64,000 nt of DNA, taken from contig OZ076409.1 of NCBI GenBank assembly GCA_964187785.1, positions 2,232,001 through 2,296,000 on the forward strand, given 5' to 3'. Numbering within the stretch: position 1 is the stretch's first letter; each line of letters opens with the position of its first letter. Below are positions 39,229-49,982 of the stretch, in pieces. The notes beneath the pieces are model-generated. The model worked only from the letters and a program-made list of their open reading frames with translations, was not told where the DNA came from and did not search any database. The translations under genes were made by a program, and so were the position numbers. This DNA comes from Amphiscolops sp. MND2022. Taxonomy: Eukaryota.

Positions 39229-39927
39229 TAATGTTTGACGTTTGAAACCAAATGTAAGAAGCTAGTTAACTGTAATGCTGATTGTTAGAGGCTTTTAAAA
39301 GAAGAGTTTAAATATCAGTTTTGACTTGTAAGCAAAAAATGAATGAACAAAAATTAGATATATTATCCAATCAAACTATGGCAGGAAGTTTCTATAAATT
39401 TCGGGCAAAACTTTTCTAAATTTTGCAATTTGTTGGAAGACCTAATTGTAATTCATCGGCTGGTCTAGCTTATTAAGATTTGGGTTAACGTAGTCATCTG
39501 TGCGTATCGTTCGGCTCTAAAGTGATTGCACACCAAAAGATGGCTCCCAACTTGGCTCTAATGACAGGTAGCGACGAAATTACACATGGGAAATTACTGA
39601 AGGCAACGGACGGCGTCTTCTTTATTAAAGATTGATTAAAGACTGATATCATTTCTCTCACTGCAATCGATGCTTATACGTCCGGAATGTTTGTGTGAGG
39701 GTACTAGAACTGGTCTTGCAACGGCAGGGTTGCCCCGCTATTTCTTCCACGGCGTTAATAGTAAGTTGTTTTAATTGGTAGCTACGAAAACATAGAGTAG
39801 TCCTCAAAATATTTGATAAAAGTTTTCAATTTTAGCAAGTTTTCAACACAGAGGCGAAGCCGTGCTTCGCAAACACTTGCGAACTTTTGAAGAAAACCAA
39901 ATAAGCAATATCATACGGAAAACCAAG

Positions 39928-41980
39928 TGTAAGAAAATTTAGCTACTTGGGTCGGAGAGAAATCCCAAGGCTCAACTCTTAACAGAAAGGTTTTGATTTT
40001 GGTGAGTAAGTTTCGTTCTTGCTTCTGCTCATAGGACTAGCTTGACACTAGTTTCTCTCCAAATTGCTCTATCGGCTCTATATTCGCAATGAGACTGTAG
40101 GTTAGAATGATCGAGTTAAGAAATTGATATAAAATCACAGAACACGATGAAAACAATCTTCCAATTGATTTCTCAGCGAATATCTATATATCACGATCCA
40201 GCCAACTGAATCAAACAATCGTCAAGTCCCGGACTTGTACAATTTCTGTCACTGACTCCCGGAGTTAACGACGACCAGTTACTCCAGCTAGTTCGAATCT
40301 CTTGCCCCCGCCCTGAAGCTCAACTGAATTCTAGCTCTCTAACTCGGTTGTCGAGAAGCGCGAGTGTTAATCCGAAGAAGTATCTTGTCTCCGCGAGACT
40401 CAACTTGCTCCCAGCCTTCTAACTCGGTTCTGCCTATTCCATTATGTTCTAATTCCGCCTCAATTATATTTGTTCGTCGCACGTGTTTCTGGTCATCTCA
40501 TCTTGACTTTCTATCATACTTGACATTTTCGTTACATACGGGGCGTTGGCGTCCTAAATCTGCATGAGTCTACCTTCACGTTTACTATTCCTTTTATGGC
40601 ATGGTGAACGCGTCTAATTATACTTCGACTAAACATTCTTTGCCACCAACGATAAATAATTCACGTCTTGTCCGAAGTCCACATTTCAATAATAATTCAA
40701 GTCGCCCGAGATATTTCTAATATCGAGACGATTGCTCAATAACCTTCAACTACATGGTTTACATGTTCTCTACGTGTAAGGGGTACTTTTTCGTCCTTTT
40801 AGGCGCAATGCATCGCGAATCGTTCCGCCTGACTGAAATGCATAAATTATCACTTAAAGATACTGATTTACATGTTTTATCGTAAGTTTCTCTATATGTT
40901 CCGGGGTCACATCTAAAATGACCTTGAGATCCGTCAATGACCTTGAAGTTATTTGCCATCATCCAAAGTTGCTACATGCCAATTTATATCGTCCTAGGGT
41001 TAATGGTTCCCGAGTTACACGCTATGCGTATCGTTTGTTTACTTAAGGCGGCTACCCCCGCATGGGTTATAAATACGGTTTCATTCACGTTATAAATCGA
41101 CTACATTCATCATTCCGGTTCGTTTGATATATTACAAGCCAAGGTCAAATGTCATTTATCGGTCGGGCCCGCGCGTCCGGTCCCGCGTGCCTTAAACAAA
41201 CATTACTCCGCGCGTGGTGGACCGATCAATGTATCTTTCATGTAAATTACTTAGGGTTACTAGGTGAACATCTTGGGTAAGTTTCATGATCTTCGGGTCA
41301 TCCGGTGGCTATTTACACAACGTTCCGGGTTTATTTACTTAGGGTCCGTGCTCCTCTTACACGCGTCGTGGGTGTCCGAAAATGTGCGCAAACGGCTTAA
41401 TATCATATGGGCTATCGATCCTATATATAATACGACTTATCCCGTGCTTGGCCGACGAGTTCGTAGGGGGGTCGACCTAGGTCACTTCCGGTGCTAATAG
41501 CCCGGGACTGGGGGTTCCCGGCTCGGTTTCGTTTTTATGGATCAGTAGCATAACAGCTCAGGTATACGTGTGCCAAATTTCAAGTCCCTACGATAAATAG
41601 TCTTTGAGAAAAACCGTTTGGGGGGGGGTTTAAAGATTTGTGATGTTTGGTTTTTCATAGTGTATCTTAGAATATTTTCGCTTGGAAGTGGGACTTAGTA
41701 AAATTCGCTCCAAGTGATCAATTTTGACTTAGTCGATTCGAATCATTTCATCGCTGACGTCACTCGCTAACTTATTAATTTTACCTAAGACGTTTCGTTT
41801 ACTAAGTAAATACCTAATTTGCCAAATTAGCCATATCGATGCACGCTATTGTCAGCCTTTTCAGCTGTGTTCAGTGTTCCGACGGTTTAAAAACGAGATT
41901 AACATAGTTCCATCTATGTTTTAAGCTTCGCGCAAAAGGGATGGGATCTTTCTAAAACACCAAAATCTAAAATTTCCACA
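39928..41980 (-). repeat. 3' LTR
   Basis: Near-identical to 45481-47533; adjacent to PPT. Confidence 0.95.
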
Positions 41981-41992
41981 CTCTTCCCTTCT
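41981..41992 (-). promoter_or_regulatory. Polypurine tract AGAAGGGAAGAG
   Basis: All-purine 12-mer directly abutting the 3' LTR on the minus strand. Confidence 0.85.
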
Positions 41993-42316
41993 GGACTTTT
42001 ATTCTCCCGAATAAACTTAACGGTATTATCGTTGGCTGAATCGTGGGATCTAGGTTAAATATATACCATAGGGTAGATGAGGGGGGGGTTGGTTGAGGAA
42101 TCCATAGCACCGCTGGCTACTCATCTACAATAATGATGAACTAGTATAACATCCAATAAATTAAAAAAAATTAAAGTAGGCAATTTAAACATCATAGAAA
42201 CGGGGTCTATATATAAAACAACTATGACAGTCATGTTGGACAACTCGTCCTCGACCAATTTTTCAGAGCTACTTTCCGTTCATTGATGCACTAGGGGGGG
42301 TCGCAAGAAGTCGCTC

Positions 42317-42699
42317 ATGTATTCGATCAAACTTATGACATCCTCAATTTCTGGATACGTGAAAGCAATGATGCATGAGAATATCCTAATACGAATGCAA
42401 TGGGCTTCCCTCTACTATCGGAGGGTTATCTCTACACAGAACATGAGTGTCGACGGAGGTTACGACATAAGAATATTACTGGAAGGAGGGGGGCAGCTTT
42501 TGCTAGAATATCTGTCGCCTGGCTGGGTCGAGTTTACCCTATTTTTGCTGAATCTCCCTATTCCAGGGGAAAGGGTCGAGGGTCAGACGTTTCGACTCCG
42601 ATTGGCCCGAGGAACGCTTCAAAGAGCCTTCAAAAAGACATCGCCTCCGGACTTCTTATCCTGAATCCATTTGTACAAAAACTATCGTTTTCATCCTAA
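42317..42699 (+). CDS. Possible antisense ORF(s) in the LTR element's 3' internal region; unknown product
   Basis: Two overlapping open frames (42317-42664, 115 aa; 42400-42699, 99 aa); TATA-like TATATATAAAA at ~42208; no recognised domain. Confidence 0.3.
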
Positions 42700-43239
42700 T
42701 TATTTTCATCCTAATTTCATCCCTAATAACCTACTAAAATAATTTATTGCATCTTTTCTTTTTGGCAATGCGCAAAGGACGAGTTCAACTGATCCTAATT
42801 TGAATATTCGAGGATAAGTTTGGATTGTTTGGGGCTAGTTATCGCGCCTAACAAAACAACAAGGAGAGTAGCACTAGGGTAGGGGTCGCGAGAGGGGGGT
42901 GTGTGTGTATGTTCATAGGCGCTTTCATAAATGTAATCTGTTAGGGTCAGGGTTGGGTCTTGATACATTGAAGTGAATATAAACACAAGAATTGGGCTCC
43001 TCGATGTTCGGCCTCTGAAAAGTTACTCATCAAAAAAAAATTACATACAATTTCATCGTCTTGCAAAAAAAACTACGGTCGGCGGAACCTCGATTTGCCT
43101 GGACAACAAGAAGTATACTGACTTCACGAAAAAGAATAATTTAAAACCTTGATGATAAAAAAAATCAGTTTTGGCGAAATTGATACTTAGGTGTTCGGTG
43201 AGTGGAGTTTCACATACATCGCAGCATCGTATCGCCTCG

Positions 43240-44487
43240 TTAGACACTGCATCGATTTACAGACTTCCACCTTGATCTCTTCCTTCGGCTGCTCCAGCGT
43301 CGGGTCCCTTCCGGTCTCGGAAGCATTGGCAGCGGGGGCATCACCATTTCGTCGGGTTTCCATCTGCCATGCTTTCGGTGGGTCGGCCAGCACAGCCCAC
43401 GTAAGCCCATCTGCTGTCGCTCATGTTTCCATCTACCATGCTTTCGGTGGGATACCCACAATCGCCTTCTGTGGCAGAGGGTTGGGCGCTGCTGGGTTAC
43501 TTCGACGGGAATAAGATTGTTTGGTCGCTCAAAACGCCCAGTCAAGTGAGAGCGTTTTGATCCGCACCTCCCCTCTGCTTCCATCGTAGCTTCTGAGCTG
43601 CTGGCCCCATTGTCCTCATTGATACTTTCGGCTGACACATCGGGGTTCGCACGGAGTTCATTTCCTTCTATTTTGGCAATCAACTCGATTCGTTCGTACC
43701 CGACTGGGAACGCAATTTCGAGTTCCAGTTCTCGCAACAGAGCATCAATCATCGCTTCATCGTCCTCAGACAATTCATGCGGTTTGTCAAGCTCTTCCAG
43801 TTCTTTCAACAGCTCATCAATCATTTCATCATCTCGGTCACCCTGAGCAAATGTTGAAATTCGAGTCTCATTAGCTTTTATCCGCGCCTGTGGTTCGATC
43901 TTCTCCTCACTCAATTGCCTTTCTCGTTGCGAAAGCTTGGCCGTAGTGATTCCTACTTGACTTGGACCAATTGATTCGAAACCCTCAGTCGCTGGAGTAT
44001 ACGTCGTCACAGCTACCGGATGCACATGCTTCCCTTCTGGATTAATGCCACCCAGTTGGGACCATGGAACAATAGGGTTTTCGAGGCTAGCAGCAGCTCC
44101 ATTGTCAGTTGTGACGGCAGCGGTGTAAATCTCTCCGAAAGAGTTCACATGCTTTGGTGCACCTCCCAAAGCGCTGTCAAATTCTTGCCCGCTCGTCATC
44201 ATTTTCTCACGCACTGTTCGGAGTTGGTCCGCCTGCATCGCAATGATACCAGGCTGCTGGGCACTGCTGTTGCTGGGCAGTACTTCTCGGGCCACTCCAA
44301 TTGTTTCTACTTTCATCTGTTCGCTTCGTGGAATCTCACTGGTACATTCTTGGCGAACCTTTTGTGTAGCTATCCTTGACGCTGCCGCTTTCACAATGTC
44401 TTCTGCTTGCTGTTGCGATAACGTAGCTTCTGGTGCGGCCGGGAAAACTTTCTCTTGTGACGGTCTCCCGGCCCTCACAAGTTTAAA
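43240..44487 (-). CDS. ORF2 of the LTR element, reached by -1 frameshift from gag; unknown acidic/low-complexity protein, not Pol
   Basis: Open for >400 codons in the -1 frame (KLVRAGRPSQEK...); no D(T/S)G, YxDD or integrase motifs seen. Confidence 0.65.
   Translation of the reverse strand, partial: FKLVRAGRPSQEKVFPAAPEATLSQQQAEDIVKAAASRIATQKVRQECTSEIPRSEQMKVETIGVAREVLPSNSSAQQPGIIAMQADQLRTVREKMMTSGQEFDSALGGAPKHVNSFGEIYTAAVTTDNGAAASLENPIVPWSQLGGINPEGKHVHPVAVTTYTPATEGFESIGPSQVGITTAKLSQRERQLSEEKIEPQARIKANETRISTFAQGDRDDEMIDELLKELEELDKPHELSEDDEAMIDALLRELELEIAFPVGYERIELIAKIEGNELRANPDVSAESINEDNGASSSEATMEAEGRCGSKRSHLTGRFERPNNLIPVEVTQQRPTLCHRRRLWVSHRKHGRWKHERQQMGLRGLCWPTHRKHGRWKPDEMVMPPLPMLPRPEGTRRWSSRRKRSRWKSVNRCSV
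44437..44487 (-). promoter_or_regulatory. -1 programmed ribosomal frameshift signal
   Basis: In-frame slippery heptamer T TTA AAC (44487-44481), 7-nt spacer, 10-bp stem GGCCGGGAGA/TTTCCCGGCC. Confidence 0.8.
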
Positions 44488-45347
44488 GGATTCCTGATGA
44501 GTCGACAAACTTCTGCAGGGTGACCATTTTCGCTGCACACATCGCATCGACGGACACTGACCACTGTAGAAACAAATTGGCCCACCATATTCGTCAGACT
44601 ACTCAATGCCCTAGTCATTTCATCCAACTGCTGCTTCATCTCCGTCACTGCAGTTTGATCTTCAGCCGCAACAGCTGACTCCTGTGCAAGCCTGGCGTAA
44701 GCAACTCGTCTGCTCGGCCTAGTTCTCGCTGAGTTGGCAATAGCTTCCAACTCCACCGCTCTATCCACAGTACCAACAAATCCACGCGTTCGTTCTCGTA
44801 GCAAAACTTCTAGCAGGTCTGAATCTGATAGTCCATCTAAAAAACGTTCACGGAACAATTCGTCTCGCTGATCTGCTTCCTGATGACCAAAGACCAGCAG
44901 TCCCAAATTGCGAACGCGACGTGCAAACTCCCTCAAGGGTTCGCTCTCCTTCTGAACCAAACATTTGAATTCGTTGCGCCCTGCTCTATCGTTTCTTGTG
45001 ACTCCCATCAATTGGTCCAAGTGCTCAAAGAGTGCTCGTAAAGTAGGTGCCCGTCGATTCACTACCTGAGTCTTCAGTTCCCGGGGTGCTGCCTGAAACT
45101 CTTCTAATGCATGTCCACTCAAACACACTGGCAGTGCACCGATAGCCTCTGGGTCTGTCCACCTATTCGCTTCGGCCACTGCGATAAAGTGGGTGTTCCA
45201 TTGAACCCAATCGGCAAACGAACTCGACGGAAACCTATCCGGTCGAATGGTTCCGCAATTGAAGATTCGATTCTGATTGCCATTCACTGCTCTTCCAAAG
45301 GCCTGCATCGCAAACTCAAGCAGCTCACGTTTTGCGTCTTGATCCAT
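44475..45347 (-). CDS. gag: Gag protein (290 aa) with CCHC zinc knuckle
   Basis: Capsid-like FADWVQW..HF..VAEANRW and Q..SEPLREFARRV (MHR-like); CDVCSENGHPAEVC knuckle; intact frame just after PBS. Confidence 0.9.
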   Translation of the reverse strand: MDQDAKRELLEFAMQAFGRAVNGNQNRIFNCGTIRPDRFPSSSFADWVQWNTHFIAVAEANRWTDPEAIGALPVCLSGHALEEFQAAPRELKTQVVNRRAPTLRALFEHLDQLMGVTRNDRAGRNEFKCLVQKESEPLREFARRVRNLGLLVFGHQEADQRDELFRERFLDGLSDSDLLEVLLRERTRGFVGTVDRAVELEAIANSARTRPSRRVAYARLAQESAVAAEDQTAVTEMKQQLDEMTRALSSLTNMVGQFVSTVVSVRRCDVCSENGHPAEVCRLIRNPLNL

Positions 45348-45460
45348 AATGAAATCCTTGTATAATATCCAACTCTACGAATATACATTCAAGTTGGAAT
45401 CCAGAACTCGAAAAAAAATGTTGTAAAACGTAACCAGTAAAAGAAAGCAAAGCAAAGCAA

Positions 45461-45479
45461 AGCCCACCCAGGAGCGCCA
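45461..45479 (-). promoter_or_regulatory. Primer-binding site TGGCGCTCCTGGGTGGGCT (tRNA-Asn-like)
   Basis: Starts with TGG 1 nt after the 5' LTR; complement AGCCCACCCAGGAGCGCCA resembles the 3' end of animal tRNA-Asn(GUU). Confidence 0.8.
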
Positions 45480-45480
45480 C

Positions 45481-47533
45481 TGTAAGAAAATTTAGCTACT
45501 TGGGTCGGAGAGAAATCCCAAGGCTCAACTCTTAACAGAAAGGTTTTGATTTTGGTGAGTAAGTTTCGTTCTTGCTTCTGCTCATAGGACTAGCTTGACA
45601 CTAGTTTCTCTCCAAATTGCTCTATCGGCTCTATATTCGCAATGAGACTGTAGGTTAGAATGATCGAGTTAAGAAATTGATATAAAATCACAGAACACGA
45701 TGAAAACAATCTTCCAATTGATTTCTCAGCGAATAACTATATATCACGATCCAGCCAACTGAATCAAACAATCGTCAAGTCCCGGACTTGTACAATTTCT
45801 GTCACTGACTCCCGGAGTTAACGACGACCAGTTACTCCAGCTAGTTCGAATCTCTTGCCCCCGCCCTGAAGCTCAACTGAATTCTAGCTCTCTAACTCGG
45901 TTGTCGAGAAGCGCGAGTGTTAATCCGAAGAAGTATCTTGTCTCCGCGAGACTCAACTTGCTCCCAGCCTTCTAACTCGGTTCTGCCTATTCCATTATGT
46001 TCTAATTCCGCCTCAATTATATTTGTTCGTCGCACGTGTTTCTGGTCATCTCATCTTGACTTTCTATCATACTTGACATTTTCGTTACATACGGGGCGTC
46101 GGCGTCCTAAATCTGCATGAGTCTACCTTCACGTTTACTATTCCTTTTATGGCATGGTGAACGCGTCTAATTATACTTCGACTAAACATTCTTTGCCAAC
46201 AACGATAAAAAATTCACGTCTTGTCCGAAGTCCACATTTCAATAATAATTCAAGTCGCCCGAGATATTTCTAATATCGAGACGATTGCTCAATAACCTTC
46301 AACTACATGGTTTACATGTTCTCTACGTGTAAGGGGTACTTTTTCGTCCTTTTGGGCGCAATGCATCGCGAATCGTTCCGCCTGACTGAAATGCATAAAT
46401 TATCACTTAAAGATACTGATTTACATGTTTTATCGTAAGTTTCTCTATATGTTCCGGGGTCACATCTAAAATGACCTTGAGATCCGTCAATGACCTTGAA
46501 GTTATTTGCCATCATCCAAAGTTGCTACATGCCAATTTATATCGTCCTAGGGTTAATGGTTCCCGAGTTACACGCTATGCGTATCGTTTGTTTACTTAAG
46601 GCGGCTACCCCCGCATGGGTTATAAATACGGTTTCATTCAGGTTATAAATCGACTACATTCATCATTCCGGTTCGTTTGATATATTACAAGCCAAGGTCA
46701 AATGTCATTTATCGGTCGGGCCCGCGCGTCCGGTCCCGCGTGCCTTAAACAAACATTACTCCGCGCGTGGTGGACCGATCAATGTATCTTTCATGTATAT
46801 TACTTAGGGTTGTTAGGTGAACATCTTGGGTAAGTTTCATGATCTTCGGGTCATCCGGTGGCTATTTACACAACGTTCCGGGTTTATTTACTTAGGGTCC
46901 GTGCTCCTCTTACACGCGTCGTGGGTGTCCGAAAATGTGCGCAAACGGCTTAATATCATATGGGCTATCGATCCTATATATAATACGACTTATCCCGTGC
47001 TTGGCCGACGAGTTCGTAGGGGGGTCGACCTAGGTCACTTCCGGTGCTAATAGCCCGGGACTGGGGGTTCCCGGCTCGGTTTCGTTTTTATGGATCAGTA
47101 GCATAACAGCTCAGGTATACGTGTGCCAAATTTCAAGTCCCTACGATAAATAGTCTTTGAGAAAAACCGTTTGGGGGGGGGTTTAAAGATTTGTGATGTT
47201 TGGTTTTTCATAGTGTATCTTAGAATATTTTCGCTTGGAAGTGGGACTTAGTAAAATTCGCTCCAAGTGATCAATTTTGACTTAGTCGATTCGAATCATT
47301 TCATCGCTGACGTCACTCGCTAACTTATTAATGTTACCTAAGACGTTTCGTTTACTAAGTAAATACCTAATTTGCCAAATTAGCCATATCGATGCACGCT
47401 ATTGTCAGCCTTTTCAGCTGTGTTCAGTGTTCCGACGGTTTAAAAACGAGATTAACATAGTTCCATCTATGTTTTAAGCTTCGCGCAAAAGGGATGGGAT
47501 CTTTCTAAAACACCAAAATCTAAAATTTCCACA
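45481..47533 (-). repeat. 5' LTR
   Basis: Near-identical to 39928-41980; adjacent to PBS. Confidence 0.95.
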
Positions 47534-48628
47534 CCAAGGCTAAAAGGAGATTAAAATTTCATCAATTTTACAGCGCCAAAAAATACCCGAAGGGATACGC
47601 GTAAGCCTCGAAAACCATTCTCCCCCAACTGAAAACAGCAAAAAACCCATTCTTTCTCAACGGAAAACCTTAAACAGAAAATAGAAGAAAAAAAATTCAA
47701 AATTTTTCGAAAACATTTTTGATGGTCTCCGGTAAGTCGCAAAGCCTTGAGGAGTCCTCTCGCAAAACGTTTCGTTTCTTGTAAACATTGAGCAGGGGCT
47801 TCGGTGAAAACAAATTTTAAAAAAGTCGCATAGAAAAAAGATCGGTCTTTAAAAAAACGGTCTTTTAAAACTAAAAATTGAGAAAAAAATTTCCGTTTTT
47901 TTTGAAGTTTCCGCTAAGTCGCATAGTGCCAAAAAATGTGAAAAAGGGACCCTTTAGGATTTTATAACATTCGTTCTGTTGCAAGATATCCAAAAAGTGA
48001 AAGGAGGACGCTTTGGGGACATTAAAAAATTTTAAAAAATAAGGGAGTCTAAAAAATTTTTGAAAAAAAATTAGAATTTTGAACAGTCTCATAGTGCCGA
48101 AAATTCTGAAAAAAAGGACCCTCTGGGATTTTTTAACATTCGTTCTCTTGCAAAATATCAAAAAAATTGAAAGGAGGACTCTTTTGGGATTTTTAAAAAA
48201 TTTCGAAAAAAAAGTCTCACAAAGCCGAAAAAGTCTCACAAAGCCGAAAAGTCTCATAGTGCCGAAAAAAGTCAGAACCTTCTGCTTCGGAATACTTGTA
48301 AAAAAATTAGCGCATACCCACGGCTTCGAACACGAAACCTCTGGGTTGAAAAGCAAGCATCTTACCACTAGACCACGAACGCGTGAAACGTGCGAGTTGC
48401 CGCGTGAAATCAGAGAGTTGTCGCGCGGAAAAAAAAAGCACCCGCACTTTCCCATAACACTTGCTTATCGCAAGTGTAATCAAGTTCCATTCGTTATAGG
48501 TGTTATTGGACAATGAAATTGAAGCGAGTGGTAAACAGGTAGTGTGATTTCAGTGAATTCAACTCGATCTTTTCTGTTAATCCCCCACCCCACTTAAGTG
48601 GTCAAGCGAAATTATCATTGAATTAATA

Positions 48629-48801
48629 CAGTGGATCCCGGATATAAGAAACTCGCTTATAAGAAAGACCCGCTTAAAGTCAATCCGTATCTTGGCCCTG
48701 ACTGGCAATTCTATTCCTTTTAAAACCCGGATATAAGAAAGTTCGATTATGAGAAACACCACTGTCGTTCCCCTGACGTTGATTATATCCGGGATCCACT
48801 G
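48629..48801. mobile_element. Tc1/pogo-type MITE
   Basis: TIR CAGTGGATCCCGGATATAA, TA TSD. Confidence 0.85.
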
Positions 48802-48935
48802 TAGTAACATGCAGTATTTTATAACTCTAACTGCAACTGAAACTTATCGCTGATACTAGGGGGGGGGGATTAAAACGTTCGCGCTTACTGTGGGGGGGAT
48901 TAACAGAAAAGAAATATTAATTCAATTCAATTAAC

Positions 48936-49094
48936 CTGAGGGCATGTGCACTGGTGAACCCGATAGCCTGGACCGACACCTCCTTCAGGTCCGAGTGCTC
49001 TCCCCGCAGAATGGGGATGATGGTGTGACGTAACAGCTGCCCTATGCTCTCCCTCTTCTCCACCACAGCCGCTGTCGAAGTACCTGTACCCCCA
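48936..49094 (-). CDS. fry: furry exon (GGTGTST...IIPILRGEHSDLKEVSVQAIGFTSAHAL)
   Basis: Acceptor ttggcag, donor AG|GTTAAT; FRY-like motif. Confidence 0.88.
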
Positions 49095-49137
49095 CTGCCA
49101 ACACAACACATTCATCAACACAAACCGAAGTCAATTA

Positions 49138-49873
49138 CAGTAGCGTTCTAAAATATCAACTCCATTGCTTCAAATTGCTAATTTCAAATCCAAATATCTT
49201 GAAAACTGTCACGAATACGAAAAATTGTCAGCTAGGAAAGTTTCTTCGAATTTTATCTAGTTTAGAAAGATGTTTGTTTGAAATTTCTGCGACGAAAATA
49301 CCAAAGTTAGAAATTGTAAATTTCATCAAATTTGCACTTTTCTTGATTTTCACAAAGTTGAAAAGATATTTTTGAAAAAATTTCCAGTCAAAGATTTGCC
49401 CCGAAATCTGAGGATGCTGATATGATTGAAAAACTTTTTCGATTTCAAATAAAAATCATCAATTTTTTTAATAGAATTCTTATAGCCTATCTTAATACAT
49501 GTACTTTAGTGCTCATAAACACAAAAAATAATGCATTTTTTCTGATTCGAAAAAATTCTCGATCAAAACAGTTCACTAAGTTCGGGAGACTATAGGGAGT
49601 CTCCGAATGAAAAAAAGTCCAAAAATTATAATTCTAAGCTACTCAATTTTCGAAAAAAAAACACAATTCAATTAAAATTTTCTAAAATTTGCTTTTTGTA
49701 ACTTTTTCAGTAAGAGTCGTAGAAATTTCAAACAAACATTTTTGTAAACTATATAAAATTCTAAGAAACTTTCCTAGCTGGCGAATTTTTGTTTTCGTAA
49801 CAGTTTATGAGATACTTGGTTCTGAATTTTGCCATTTTAAGCAATGAGGTTGCGATATTTTAGAACGCTACCG
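49138..49873. mobile_element. Tc1/mariner-type MITE with long imperfect TIRs
   Basis: TIR C(A/G)GTAGCGTTCTAAAATATC continuing imperfectly inward; TA TSD. Confidence 0.8.
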
Positions 49874-49982
49874 TACACTGGCATTGTACTGTGTTATTAT
49901 TGTTAGAGCGCAACACTCAGTCCCATTAAAAAAAAACAAAATGTGTTATACTATAAATTCGTAGCTTTTCCTGCAAAATTTG

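Larger units (their letters stand above)
39928..47533 (-). mobile_element. Non-autonomous LTR retrotransposon (Gypsy-like Gag, no pol), recent insertion
   Basis: TG...CA LTRs of 2053 bp each, ~10 differences seen by eye; 5-bp TSD CCAAG; PBS, PPT, gag. Confidence 0.95.
39846..48477. mobile_element. HINE family C copy split by the LTR element (39846-39927 + 47539-48477)
   Basis: Stem-loop gcgaagccgtgcttcgc + subTIR acacttgcga; end hairpin acacttgcttatcgcaagtgt; uninterrupted paralogue 49983-50986. Confidence 0.7.

Noticed and set aside
43240..44487. ORF2 as pol or env
   Set aside because: No protease, RT, RNase H or integrase motifs; no signal peptide or transmembrane segment seen.
40364..47050. 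Duplicated 67-77 aa ORFs (40364/45917, 40759/46312, 41264/46817)
   Set aside because: Near-identical only because they lie in the two LTRs; short, with no recognisable domain.
48313..48381. Functional tRNA genes at the tRNA-like segments
   Set aside because: Acceptor and anticodon stems do not pair; embedded in repeats; treated as tRNA-derived.
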